Source: Octopus vulgaris | Lineage: Eukaryota | Assembly: GCA_951406725.2 (NCBI GenBank) | Contig: OX597836.1 | Location: 25,110,001 to 25,174,000 of the forward strand | Reading direction: 5' to 3' | Length of the DNA stretch: 64,000 nt | In this document: positions 50,363-64,000 of the stretch, one piece after another | How the letters are laid out: the number at the start of each line of letters is the position of its first letter | Numbering within the stretch: position 1 is the first letter of the stretch | The notes under the pieces: generated by a model | Database searches by the model: none | Seen by the model: only the letters and a program-made list of their open reading frames with translations | Told to the model about the DNA's origin: nothing | Translations under genes and position numbers: made by a program

Positions 50363-50799
50363 GTAACACTTCAATGATCCTTCTGCAAACCCTTACCCAT
50401 GCTCCACTAACACTGCTCCTTCCAAGGATTACCACAAAGATTTTGAAGAGAGTGGACATAATGTTCAAATATTCCATCCATAATGGAAGTATGGTGATAA
50501 TACACGTAGCAGGTGTTGGCATTTCAATAGGATTACTCTTGGGACCTTCCTTTGCTAATTTTTGCATGTGTAAAGTAGAAAGCACTATATTATTCTAGTA
50601 TCTCTTTAAATTAACAACCTGAAAGTCCTCTAGGGTCAGGTATGGTTGTGTAGTTTATGAAGTTTGTTTTGCAATGAAGGGTAATCACAATTCATGGCAC
50701 CATGGAGAAGTGTCTTCTATAGATTCAGGTTCGTCAAACCTTTGTGAGTGGAACTTAGTTCACAAAAACTAAACACCAACATCACATGACTGAAACAAG

Positions 50800-50846
<47 letters not shown>

Positions 50847-50917
50847 CAAATATTTGTTGTTTTATGTGTGATTTCCATGCTTGTTACAAATTTGCTGCTT
50901 TTCTTGATGGTTTAGGG

Positions 50918-51136
50918 CAGTGCTTTTCAAACTTTTTGCTGGAGCGGAACCCCAAGGAAGCATTCCACTGGCTCAAGGAACCCCTGTGCAATAATTTAAT
51001 AGTCTTATGCACACATATCTGCACAGGAGACTTAAAAATTACTGCCGATTTTAGCAGTTTTGTAACTTCTTGCGGAACCCCTGGACTGTACTGGTGGAAC
51101 CCTAAGGTTCCGCGGAACCCTGGTTGAAAACCACTG
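50918..51136. mobile_element. hAT-type MITE
   Basis: TIR CAGTGCTTTTCAA / TTGAAAACCACTG, 8-bp TSD GTTTAGGG at 50910-50917 and 51137-51144, repeated subterminal GGAACCC motifs. Confidence 0.88.
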
Positions 51137-53720
51137 GTTTAGGGGACCACATCTCAGTTGTATGTTTCATATTTGGGGCAGTTTCTTTGTCTGGATGCCC
51201 TTCTAAACACCACTCATTTTACAGAGTGCACTGGGTGCATTTTATCTCAGTACCAGTGTACTTGAGAGAGAGAGTAGGGATAAGGAGGGGAGCAAGAGGT
51301 GAGTGAAAGACAGGTGTCAGTACCGAATGGCCAGAGGTGGAGGAGGGGCAGTACAGGTAGAGTGCATGGAGTACATGTGGGTCGGGTCTGATATGTAAAG
51401 ACAAGGTTAATAGCCTGAACGATTAGGATTAAGGTGGATCATTTAGATGAAGGTAGTTGGGGGATCAACTGACCTTCATTGGAGAATTGTAATTGAGAAT
51501 TTTTAATTATTATTCCTACTTTTAATAAATGCATTTCCTAATTATTTACTGTTAATTACATGGCACTTAGTATTAATTATCTAGGAAGTAATTAGTCTGA
51601 AGTTCCATTTGACGTCTGTTTTGAAGGAAATTTTCGGCTAATTATTACTGTTGAGAAAGTGTTTATTTACAGAGCTAGCTACGTCATTAGGGAGGTGGGG
51701 AGAGGGGGATGGAGGGTATAAGAGAGGTAGAGGAGGGGTGTTTAAGAGAGAAGGAAGAGGTTAGAAGTGTGAGAGTGCTCAAGAACTAAGAAACCTGTAA
51801 GGGTATAGAGGTAGGGAAGAGAGAGAGAGAGAGAGAGACTGGTTGTTATATAGGAGGAAGATGTGAGAGAAAATTGAGATGCAGTGACACAGGGATGGGA
51901 AAAGTGAAAGAGAACGAGAGAGAGGGTGGAAGATCAAGGTCCCGGGATACATCTGTCTGTCTTTCTCCCTCCCTCTCTCTGTCTCTTGTCTCCTCCCCTC
52001 TCTCTCTCTCTATATATATATAGAAAGTGTGATGCAAGCATTGTGGTATAGAGGAAGAGTGGAGGGGGGCGGAGCATAAAAGGGAGACTGTGGGAGAGGA
52101 AGAAAGATAAGGAGAGAGAGAATGTCTATTGAGATAAAATTTGGCAGATGGAAACTACATTGAATCACATTGTGTGTGGTGGTGGTGGTGGGGAGGGGGC
52201 ACATTCATTTGTTCCATGTCTGTATTTCCATGCATGCATGAGTTAGACCTCTGGTTTCCAACCGGGATCTGTATGGCCCTTAGGTGTCCATATAAGAGTT
52301 TGATGTTAAAATTCATCTGCAATAAATTGCTTATACAAGACACAAAATATTTCAACATTTTTTTTTATACATTTCCTAATAATGTTTAATTACAAAAAAT
52401 ATATTAGGATTTTTTATACATACATTACATAGTGATGGAGGTCCAGTGGAGTAAACTTGGAAACAAAGGAGTCCAAAGGCAACAAAAGATGGTTGAGAAG
52501 GAATATGTTATTTTGAGGCATTATTTTAATGGCCAGATGCTCTTCCTGTCACTGACCTTTACTAAGGGATCTCTAATTCCACTTAACTTTCAAGGTATAA
52601 AGTGACTGGATGATTTGTTGATAGGAGAAACTGACTGAAACACTGCCCCCTACACCATACGAACAATCACAGATGTACACACACACACACACACACACAC
52701 GTGTGCACACACATGTTCTTTATTAAGAACTTCTGTAGATGTCTCACCTCATCCAGGTGCAAACCCAGATCACATCTCATCTTGCCTAATTTCATTTCTA
52801 ATTAATTATTTGTGCTCTAACTCTTTCTGTTACTTCAGTGGCATCAATTTAATATCTTTTGTAGTTGCTTCTTTCTTGAGAATCTCCTTATCCCATGTAA
52901 CAGTTGATGGTGATACTAAAAAAAAGTAAAGGGGTAAAAATCCCCTTTGATCATGACTGACCATGGGATTTCTTCTAGAAAGTTCCCCTCTGAGGCACAA
53001 GTACAGGTAAAGTTCCTTTTTGTGGAAGACCAGCAGTTATCCATGCATACCAGCCTCCTTTCTTCGTACCACAAATGTGCTCCAAGGGAAAGGCAAAGGG
53101 GCCGATACAGCTTGGCACCAGTGACATTGCAACACATTTCTACAGCTGAGTGAACTGGAGCTGTGTGAAATAAAATGTCTTGCTCAAGAACACAACATGC
53201 AGCCTGGTCCAGGAATCGAACTCACTACATCATGATGATGATGATACTACCAACTACTTGAAAGGCAGTGAGCAGGCAGAAATGTTAGCACACCGGGCGA
53301 AATGCTTAGCAGTATTTCGTCTGTCTTTACATTCTGAGTTCAAATTCCACCGAGGTTGACTTTGCCTTTAATCCTTTTGGGATCAATAAATTAAGTACCA
53401 GTTGCATACTGGGGTCGATCTAATCAACTGCCCCGCCCCCCCCTCCAAAATTTCAGGCCTTGTGCCTAGAGTAGAAACTACTCAAAACACTGCAATTGAT
53501 TTCTTCCTATGATTCCTCATGGACCCTGCAACTAACCAGTGTTGTCCCTACTTTGGATATTTTCAGCATCTCAGTGACTCTTCCTGATAGTTCAGCTTCT
53601 GACCCTGTCTCTATCATTAATGATCATTTCAACCGAATAGTGGTTAATTTCAATGATTGACCTTAGAAAGGGATTGACCTGACCCAGTTATTTCTAATGA
53701 TTCAATTGTTTCTTCAACAG

Positions 53721-53841
53721 GTCACGATGGACTTGGCTTAAGTATTATCGGTATGGGAGTTGGTGCCGATGCTGGTCTCGAAAAGCTTGGTATATTTATC
53801 AAGACATTAGCACCCTCAGGAGCTGCTCAGCGAGATGGCAG
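53721..53841 (+). CDS. PPP1R9A: Neurabin/spinophilin exon: N-terminal half of PDZ domain, (G)[39 protein letters not shown](R)
   Basis: Acceptor tttcttcaacag and donor AG|gtaagt. Phase 1 start matches the preceding exon end. Translation closely matches the neurabin/spinophilin PDZ signature [26 protein letters not shown]...GAAQRDGR. Not in the ORF track. The symbol denotes the PPP1R9A/B family; invertebrates normally have one co-ortholog. Confidence 0.96.
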
Positions 53842-54135
53842 GTAAGTAAACCAAATAGGTTTCTTGTTTTTGTGTGTGTCTGTGAATTTATGATAAACAT
53901 ATAGTTTATATTATTGACTCCTACATACGTTTTGCCATTATGGTTGCTTGGAACCCTGCATTGGATGCTTAACCAGAACAGATCTTCAGGGAACACTTTA
54001 TTGCATTGAGTTAAAGGGAACTAATGCTACTGAGTATAGTAATTGCTTAACCATCAAACCAGAAGCACTTGATAATCTATGTGGACCTCTGAATATAACA
54101 ACAGCAGTCATACATCAATTTGTACACACAAGATA

Positions 54136-54180
<45 letters not shown>

Positions 54181-54184
<4 letters not shown>

Positions 54185-54844
54185 AGATGCATAAGGTATT
54201 TGAGGACAGATTTATGTTTATAATAATAGATAACTTTATTTATCAAAAAATGCTAAGAGGATAAATATAAACCTTCTTTTCTATAATGTTATTCAATAAA
54301 GCCACCTTCAGCTTCAACGACTGCTTTTATATGAGATCTAAATCATCTACTTGCTCAAATCAAGTGGTCCTTTTAGATCTGATGTAGTGATTTTCTTTTG
54401 CTTTTTCTGACAAATTGACCTTTCCTCATCATATAAGACTGATAGTTCTTTCTGACACATGGAGATCTTTTGCAATTGACCTCATGGACTTTTTGGGATT
54501 GTAATCAATGGTCTGTTGAACTTGCTGGATAAATTCAGGTGTTTTGATGGTTTCAGAGCATTTAGAATGCGTTTTATGCTTTGAGACTGGTGATACATTT
54601 CCATCTTTTGTCTCTAGCTCCTTATAACTTTGTAGACAAAATTTTTGCAACTTTTAAAAATCGAGATATTTCTAAATCGCTATGCTCAGCCTTTATAACC
54701 ACAATAAAAGCATGCCTCTTCATTTCTTGAGTAAGCTGAGGGTCTGCCATTATTATTTTCTGAAACAGAGATTATACAGAGGTAGCAAAAACTGCAGCAA
54801 TGACCCCAAAAAAGGTATGTCCTCAGATACCTGACGTACCCTTT
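54181..54844 (-). mobile_element. Internally deleted Tc1/mariner-superfamily transposon relic
   Basis: Minus strand N-terminus MADPQLTQEMKRHAFIV...SDLEISRFLKVA, a helix-turn-helix-like NPKKSMRSIAKDLHVSERTI, joined to the C-terminus FRSHIKAVVEAEGGFIE-stop. Catalytic domain absent. Degenerate TIRs share AGGTAT(C/T)TGAGGACA with TA flanks. Confidence 0.8.
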
Positions 54845-57800
54845 ACATATAATCATAACATGACAGAGAAATAGTTCAATGAAATTTTATTTCATAATAA
54901 GAAAATTCGATTACAACAAATTGTTTCGTAACTTAAAAACATGTAAATAACTTATATATAATAATGAATAAATTACTTACATGCCTACATGAATGCAAAA
55001 TGCAAAAAACCCTTCCAAATAATGCAGAATTTAAGCTACGTTGCCAGCGCCACCCCGACTGGCCTCCGTGCCGGTGGCATGTAAAAAAGTACCATCTGAT
55101 TGTGGCCGTTGCCAGCCTCGTCTGGCCCCTGTGCCAGTGGCATGTAAAAAGCACCCACTACACTCACGGAGTGGTTGGTGTTAGGAAGGGCATCCAGCCG
55201 TAGAAACATTGCCAGATCAGACTGGGCCTGGTGCAGCCTTCTGGCTTCCCAGACCCCAGTTGAACCGTCCAACCCATGCTAGCATGGAAAACGGACGTTA
55301 AACGATGATGATGATGATGATGACATATAGATACACATACATTCTGAGTTCAAATCTGACAGGTTGGTGCCAGTCGAGTCAAGTTCTGGGCTCAAATGTA
55401 GGTGCTCTTTACAGTAAAACATTCTATTGTGACACTCCTTGGATGCCTCTGATAAGATGCTATTGCCATCCAACTGAACAACCAATCCATTGCAGAAGAT
55501 AAATGGCTTTGTATGATGTTGGTAAAACAAGTCAGAGCTTTGTAGTCTGCTGTGTTTCTCTTGCATTAACCCCTCAGGTGTTTATTCTGCTCTGCCAATG
55601 AAGTGCTTCAGCTGGAAATTGATATCTTTGTCAATCCCAAGCCATTTTATACACTTGCGATGCTATTACACGATGGTATCGTTTATTATATCATTATTAT
55701 ACGGTGATATTTATACCATATTTTCAGTTAATGAGTTAGTTTGCCAAGAATATTTACTTAGCTTTAAATTCTCTCCGTCTCTGTGGAATAATTCTGTAAA
55801 AGAATATTCAATCTTTGGTTATTTCATCAGTGCTCTCTTACGCCAAGCCTCACTCTCTCATCTGTATCATATATATATATGCACACACACATACACACAC
55901 ACACACATGCGTGCATGCACATACACACATGCACTTGCACACATGCTCACACACACACACACACATGCACTCACACGCACACATTTGTGTTTTTTGTATA
56001 TGCATCTTTATTTCTCTCTTACATTTTTCTCTCTGTTTATTTCTCTTTCTCTCCCTGCCGCTCCCTCACACAATCCTCCTCTCTCTGCCACTCCTTACAC
56101 ATTCTCTTTTTCAATCTACATCTCCGCTCTTCATTTTCCCTTTTTTTACCCTCATTCCTTTCTGTCTCCTACTCTTACCTTTTCTCTCTTGTCATGGCTG
56201 CCTGCTTTTTCCAAAACACTCTCTCATACTCTCCACACACCTCTTTCTCACTCTCTCTCACATCTTTTTGCACAATTTCCCCCCCCCCCCTCCACCTTAT
56301 TTTCAGTAATTTCCTTACCAGATGTTCCACCTCATTACATTCTACTTTCATCTTGTTCTGTGGAATTTAGTTGAGAAAATATGGTTAAAATGTCTGTCGA
56401 TGTCTAACGTTTAGAGTTTCTTCAGTTTAAATGTAAAGTGTGAAAGAAAGCATTAATTCCCTGCCGTCCATCTCCCATGCATTTTGAAATTTTCACCTAA
56501 AGAAACCTCAATGCATTCATTGATGTAAAGGACCTTGGTTTCATACAAATTTGCTGAATTCTTTTGGTGTATAGTGCTATATATCATTTATCACACTGAC
56601 TTATTGTCAGGTTAATAACAGCAGTTAGCAAATACTATTTATCTATAAGTTGTCATCTGATGATGATGTTAATTACAATAGAAGGTGGCTGGCTGATAAA
56701 ATGAAACTAAATTGGTTCTGAAACACCAGCTGTCATAAAGTTGTCTGTTCTTTGATTAGCTTGGAGATCTGTTTTTAAAATGTTTGTTAACTGTCAGACT
56801 AGTTTTGTATTTTAAACATCAAAATAGGTTTCTGTATGAAACCTAAGGTAACTAATACTTGCATAAAATCTGGAGCTGGACCCTCTTTAATCTCTGTTCT
56901 TAATTCTGGGTTATGGTCCTGCTGAGTTAAATTCATTTTTTATTGGTTTAACCCCCAGGGAAGAGACTGGGACCATGGTCTTTACAGACCTGCCAAGACC
57001 GTTGAGATTAATATGATTAATGTTTGTCTTGTAAGCTACTTGGTGACCCTTCAGGTGCTGGTGCCACATAAAAAGCACCTGGTACACCTTGTAAAGTGGT
57101 TGGCAATAGGAAGGGCATCCAGCCAGAAAAACCAAGACAAAACAAAACTGGAATTTGGTGCAGTGCTCCAGCTTGTCAGTTCCTGCTAAGCTGTCCAACT
57201 CATGTCGGTTAAATGATGATGATGAGAGAGGAAATTCCAGCCTGGTGAATCTCTACATCCTTGGTGACTCTAGGGCAGCCTCGGGCCACAAACTTGTCTG
57301 CTGCATCTTGACTGTGGCACTGCTGATATTGAGAGTGATCTTAAAGAATTTTGGCATAAAGCTCCTGATTTTGACGGGAGTGGGGCTAGTCCATTTCATT
57401 GACCGCAGTATCTGACTGGTACTTTATTGATGGAAGGCAAAGTTGATCCCAAGTTGAGCTTGGAACTTAAGGAGCCACAAACCCCTAAAGGATGAAGGGG
57501 AAAGTCAACCTCAGTGGAATAATAACAACAAATCAAAGACATGACAAGATTTAATGGAACAGAATAATGGCTGATATAATTGAACTGCGATTCTATCTGT
57601 GGCACAATGCTGCAGATTTTGTAAAAGGAGGGTGACATCAATTCCATTTAATCCCAGTATTCTCTATAGGATTTGAACTCAGAACCTAAAAGTATGTGTG
57701 CTGTTATCTATATTCATTTTTTTTTCTAGTCTAGGCATAATTCCAAAATGTTCAAAGAGTAGTGGGGAGCATTGTTGTTGTTGCGATGATGGTGGGATAG

Positions 57801-58601
57801 AATTGTGTTTGGGTTGGCGGCTATCTTTACTGGAACTAATTCTACCAACCCTAATCCCCGCTTCCCAAACTACCAAAAAAGAAAAAAAAGGAAAGATGAA
57901 AGGTAAAGTTTATCCTAGTGGGATTAGAACCCAGAACTGTAAGGTACAGTGAACTAAATATTTGATAGAAACATATGCGTGGTACCCCTCATTCACCCCT
58001 ATCACTCCTGACAGCAGGGGTGGGTGGGGGAATGTTGTTCTTGTGAATGTCTACTGATACATTACTATATTGCTGGTGGGGTGGGCATGGGGTGTGGTGG
58101 GGACTTTGACTCCCTATTCTAGAAACATTGAGGACTATTATGAAAAAGACCCCCAAAAAACAAAATCAACAAGCAACCCTTAAAGAAAAACAATTCTCTC
58201 TTCCCTTAAATAAAGGGACGACTGCTTGAGGGGTGATCTCTTTTAAACATCTTTTCCTCTTCCTTTCTCTCTTTACTTTCTTATATCTATGTCTGTCTGT
58301 CTCCAAACTCTGTATGTGTGTATATATACTCACATACATATACACACACACACACACATATATATACCTCTATCTCTCTCTCTCTATCCATCCATCCATC
58401 CATCCAGACAGACAGTGATGGCCGGTTCATAGGATTACCTAGGGCGTTACATGCATTTCATCAGATCCTAGGTAACCCTATGGACCGGCCATAAATAACA
58501 TCCTTTAAATACTCTGCTTCTGTTTGTGATTTATGATCTACTAAAGATATATCTATCTATTTATCTATCTGTCTATTGTATATATGTATAAACACACATT
58601 A

Positions 58602-58677
<76 letters not shown>

Positions 58678-59247
58678 AACACATACACACATGAACCTCT
58701 CTCTCCTGCCTTTCTCTCTCATCCCTTCCATTAAGGTATAAACCATCGCTCTATTTACACACACACATACACAGAGCTTCTCCCCCCCCCCAGTTTATAG
58801 TCCACCATACAATCAGACTTCCAAAAGACTTCCAGGAAGATTCTTTTTCAGAACTTGCTGTTGCACCCTTCAACACTCCTCTTCGCCTTCTTTCTTGTCC
58901 TTAAGTATATCTGTCTGTCTGCGATTATACCCACCACAGACCACCATCCAGCCAGCCAGCCAGCCACCCAGACAGCCACCCTTCATCCTCACCCTCCTCC
59001 TCTTCGCTACTCTACTCCAGCATCTGTCCCTATTCCCTGCACATATTTGCAAGACACAGATACATATAGATATACCCATACACACAAACACACACACATG
59101 AACACACCCACAAATGTACATAGATAAATGTACATGGACATATGTACACATAGACATACATACTACATACACACACATGTATAATATACATACATACATG
59201 CATGTGAAGAAATAGGTGTGTATATGTTCTAATGTATTCATGTCTGT

Positions 59248-59283
<36 letters not shown>

Positions 59284-59318
59284 ATCCACAGACATGAATA
59301 CATGAGAACATATACACA

Positions 59319-59359
<41 letters not shown>

Positions 59360-59394
59360 ATCCACAGACATGAATACATGAGAACATATACACA

Positions 59395-59443
<49 letters not shown>

Positions 59444-59861
59444 CACAGACTCGGCCACACGTACGTGTGTGTATATACACATAAACACACAGATATATAA
59501 ATGCTTGCACTTGTGTGTGTGCGTGTGTGTTGGTACAGTTTGTGGTGCCAACTATGAAATGAAGAGGGGCATTGCTTTTGGTGAGGGTGCTGGTAGTAGC
59601 AGCAGCAGCAGTAGTTAGGTTCCCAACTGTATTTTTAGCTCTGTCCTGCCAAATTTTTCCCATTGAAGCTTCAGATTATCTCAAAGAGAAAGAGAGAGAA
59701 AGAGAGAGAATGAGAGAGGGGGAGGGGGTTGGGTGATGTTGGGTAGGAAGAGGGTAAAGGAATTGGTTAGGGGTTTGGTGGGTCTGCGGTTGGTGGGGGT
59801 GGGGGCGGTTGAGGGGAGAGAGAGACTATGGGAAGCTGAACTTTGAGAGGGACAAAAAAAA

Positions 59862-59892
<31 letters not shown>

Positions 59893-60418
59893 AGAAAAAA
59901 TATAAACTAAAGAATAAAACAATAACAAAAACAAGAACCCCCTTCCAGTGGGACAGGAAAGGGAGGAAGGAGGAAGTCATCCATTCACACCCCCCAGCAT
60001 ACACACACCCACATACATACATATATATATATATATATACACACATACACACACACACATACATATACCCAAGCACACACATACACTACAGCTGTTAGTG
60101 AGTGTGAAGTAGATAGAGAAAATAACAGATTTGGGGTTGTGTATATAGTTTTTTTTGTATATACACACACATGCATATATTATGTGTGTGTGTGTGTGTG
60201 TGTATAAAATCAGAGAGGGAGAGGGGAGTGGCGAGAGATTTTTGAATCTCTGGTAATAGTTTCAGTAGAGCAGATAGTAAGGAAAGGAATATCTTGACAG
60301 GGATATACAGGGAATAATGGCAATGAAAACGAAGAAGAATCTTTTGGTAAGAACAACCAACCTTCCTCTTGTTTATTTATTCTAACCTCCTGTCAATATT
60401 CTTTCATTATCTCCATCA

Positions 60419-60449
<31 letters not shown>

Positions 60450-63261
60450 CATACGTACATACGTATGCACGCATCTCTTGTCCTTTGGTTGTTTCTTAAT
60501 ATTTTCTAAGAATCAAAACATTATCATCCCTGTCTCCCTTAATGTTGGTGTTGGAATACGGCATTTTCTTATGTTGAGGGTGGTACAGTGCTATCCTAAA
60601 GCATGGGCACGCTGGACATTTGTCCAAGGGGCTTTACAGGGCTAAGGGACCAAACTCTAATCTAAGTATGTCTGGTTTACTATGAATAAATAATCACCAT
60701 AGGGCCCAGTCCACTGATTTTCCCGGGGTCTGATATCATTGTTAATACAGCCCTAGGGTGATAGATTGATTAAAATCATCTGATTTTCAGCTGAAATGCT
60801 TTGTGGTATTTTTTGTGGTTCATTAGGTTCTGAGTTCAAATCTTACTAAGGTAGCCTCCGTTTTCAATCCCAAGTTTTGATAAAGTACCAGTTAAATATT
60901 GGGATTGGTTTAACCCTTGAGCATTCAGATTACTGTGAAATGAAATGCTTCTTACCAGTTCCTCTCAAGCTGTCCAACCCATGCCAGCATGGAAAACGGA
61001 TGCTAAATGAAGGTGATGGTCATGTTTTGAATTAATTGAGCATTCTCTTGTGGCTTTGTGATTTCAATGATGTGATTGATTATTTTTTCGTAGATTGACA
61101 TTGTGGGGTATGTGTGAGAGGCGAGATCTATCCAGTTTGAACATAAAAACATGGAGAATATCTTGGCCAGATATGGCCAGTTTAAATGTTGAAGGGTCAG
61201 TCAACTGACCCTACTACGTAAACGACTAGCCCTTGTGTCTAAATAAGAAATTAATATTTTGTGATTGGCAGACATGCTGGCGAGTAGTGTTTAGTTACAT
61301 ACCTGCATGTTCTGAGTTCAAATTCTACCAAGGTCAAGTTTGCCTTCCAGGTTTTGATACAATAGGTACATCCAATTGAGTATCTGTACTCAGTTTAACC
61401 AACCATGCTCTTCACTCCTGTTTTGAAGCCTTGTGGGTTTGTAAGAAATCATAAATATTGTTATTGTGGACAGGCATGGTTGGTAGGGCACTGGTGACAT
61501 TTATAATCCACTGTCCTGAGTTCAGATTTCAAGTCCTGCTGATGTTAATTTTCCCTTTCATGCTTTTGGGGTTTGATAAAATAAAAAGCACTCAGGTACC
61601 AGCTTGATTTAATTGACTAAGCACCCTACCCCCAACACATAAAATTTGTGGCCATTCCTTAACTTAGAAATCATCATCATCATCTATTTCTTTACTACTC
61701 ACAAGGGGCTAAACACAGAGGGGACGAACAAGGACAGACAAACGGGTTAAGTCGATTACATCGACCCCAGTGCATAACTGGTACTTAATTTATCGACCCC
61801 GAAAGGATGAAAGGCAAAGTCGACCTCGGCAGAATTTGAACTAAGAACGTAATGGGATACGAAATACCGCTAAGCATTTCGCCCGGCGTGCTAACGTTTC
61901 TGCCAGCTCGCCGCCTTAATCATCATCATTAAACAATATAAATGTTTAAATCATCATCATCATCATTAAACAATATTATATCGGGGTTGATATTATAAAT
62001 ACCAGTTGAACCCTGGGTGGGGTTGAAGTAAACGACTTATCTTCCTACCACTGCCACGAAATTGCTGGCCTTGTGCCAAAATTTGAAATCTTTATTAAAC
62101 AATAAGAAGAACAATATTCAAATGCGTTTATTGAACTGGACAACTTGAAAAGTATTTTGACAGACAGACAGTCTGTCCTCCCTGGGTTCCAAATCGCAAA
62201 TGGAAAGAACATAGAAATTCAGAAACACAAAATATGAACGGAGGCAGTCTTTTATTTCATACAAATTGTTTATTTACGTTTGTGAAAAGTTGTGTCAGGC
62301 AGAGTAGTTAGCATGCTGGACGAAATGCTTAGTGGTGTTTCACCTGTCATTATGTTCTGAGTTCAAATTCTACCGAGGTTGGCTTTGCCTTTCATTGTTT
62401 TGAGGTCGATAAATTAAGTGCCAGTGAAACACTGGGATCACTGTAATTGACTAGTCCAGTCCCCTAAAAAATTTCAGGCCTTGTGCCTATAGTAGAAACA
62501 ATTATTATTATTATTAAGGCAGCGAGCTGGCAGAACCGTTAGCACACCGGACGAAATGCTTAGCGGTATTTCGTCTGCCATTACGTTCTGAGTTCAAATT
62601 CCACCGAGGACGACTTTGCCTTTCATCCTTTTGGGGTCGAATAAATAAGTACCAGTTACGCACTGGCGTTGATATAATCGACTTAATCCGTTTGTCTGTC
62701 CTTGTTTGTCCTCTCTGTGTTTAGCCCCTTGTAGGTAGTAAAGATATAGGTATTGTGTCTGTCGTTACATTCTGAGTTCAAATTCCACTGAGGTCAACTT
62801 TGCCTTTCATCTTTTCAGGGTTGATAAAATAAGTACCAGTTGAGTACTGGGGTCGATGTAATTGACTTATCCCCCTCCCTAAATATCAGGCCTTGTACCT
62901 ATAGTAGAAAGGTTTATTATTATTATATTATTATTATTATTATTATTATTATTGTTATTGTTCAGTAGTCTTATTTTCATTTCATGCTTTCAGTGCACAC
63001 ACAGAGTGCAGCTCTCTGTGTGCTGTGGATCTGCAGTTGTGGTTTGTTTCGGTTTTGTTATTTCTGCTGTATTGAAAGTGCTCTACAGAGGAAGTGTGCA
63101 GTGCCTGGCTGGGCTTCTTTTCTCTCAGTTACATAGTCATGAACCCTGTGGTTTTCCTTATGTATTTGTATGTTTTTTGAGTATACTTAATGCACCTTTT
63201 ATTATTATTATAGGGTTGTTTCTTCTATTATTATTATTATTATCATTATTATTATTATTAT

Positions 63262-63629
63262 TGTTATCATGTCTGCCTTAGCGAAGGTAGAGGTATTATT
63301 TTCAGTTGCATTTGTTAATCTTTTCATGGACAAGATCAAGATCTGCTGGATGGATTCAGAGGAAACTTTCAGTGATGTTTGGCTTCATGACTGGCATGAA
63401 TTGATTAGATTTTGGGATTGATCCAGTACTGGACAAGAGTTCTGGATTATTTTTCCTGTTTGTTTTTTCTACTTAATTTTTGAGAGCGATCCAGTTCATT
63501 TTTATATTTTCATTTGTAAGAGCCGTCAAGTTTATTTTGGATATTCTCATTTTAAAAATCATCTCTGGCTAATCATTTAGAGGACGTTGGTGTTGCCTTT
63601 GGAGAGGTGTGCACTCTCTGAGTGCTCTC

Positions 63630-63633
<4 letters not shown>
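63262..63633 (+). mobile_element. Probable non-autonomous Helentron/Helitron2-like element
   Basis: Starts tta-tcatgtctgccttagcgaaggtagaggt (short subterminal inverted repeat) and ends ggagaggtgtgcactctctgagtgctctcgtt (terminal hairpin GCACTC-tct-GAGTGC). Sits in a T-rich site. Confidence 0.45.
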
Positions 63634-63664
<31 letters not shown>

Positions 63665-64000
63665 TGTTGTTGAGGTTGAATTTACCTTTGTCCTTTCTGG
63701 ATTGATAGGTTACTAGTTAGATGTAGCTTCATTAAGTACCAGTTATATGTTGAGGTTGAGCTAAACACTTTTATTCCTCCTGTTCCAGTATCTGTCCTTG
63801 AGTCAATCTTATCATCATCATTAAACTAGCAGAATCATTAACCTGGCAGGTAAAATGCTTAATGGCTTGTCATCTGTATTTTATGTTCTGAGTTCAAGTG
63901 CTGCCAATGTCAGCTTTGCCTTTCATCCTTTCAGGGTCGATAAATTAAGTACCAGTTGTGTTTTGGGGTCGACCTAATCGACTGGCCTCCTCCCCCAGCA

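Noticed and set aside
1-64000. Most ORFs in the supplied track (His/Thr, Tyr/Ile, Cys/Val, Leu/Ser rich, and the recurrent RLLSVSVYQIHSQGFG peptides)
   Set aside because: They are translations of microsatellites or of multi-copy SINEs, with no splice-compatible or homologous coding signal.
53842-64000. Next PDZ exon (expected IQVNDQI.EVDG-like)
   Set aside because: Not found by eye in the remaining 10 kb; presumably lies beyond the window.

Overview
AT-rich, microsatellite- and SINE-dense eukaryotic DNA. The repeat families resemble those I recall from Octopus (coleoid cephalopod); the taxon is an inference. The window is almost entirely intron of a + strand neurabin/spinophilin (PPP1R9-type) gene. 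Four phase-compatible GT-AG exons (32452-32573, 42811-42929, 50230-50362, 53721-53841) encode the PP1-docking KVKF region and the first half of the PDZ domain. Two further frame-preserving candidate exons (60 nt at 10955-11014, 90 nt at 35809-35898) fit the same reading frame. The introns hold several tRNA-derived SINE families, 3' fragments of RTE and CR1 LINEs, Penelope-like relics, a Helitron, an internally deleted Tc1/mariner element and MITEs of the piggyBac, hAT, Tigger and GG-ended types. The most notable observations are a type I hammerhead-ribozyme fold antisense to the gene (35209-35294), two minimal hammerhead motifs, several perfect or near-perfect fold-backs and inverted SINE pairs that would form pre-mRNA dsRNA, and a microhomology-bounded templated insertion. 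Nearly all entries in the supplied ORF track are low-complexity or repeat artefacts. Everything was read by eye, with no alignments or database searches.
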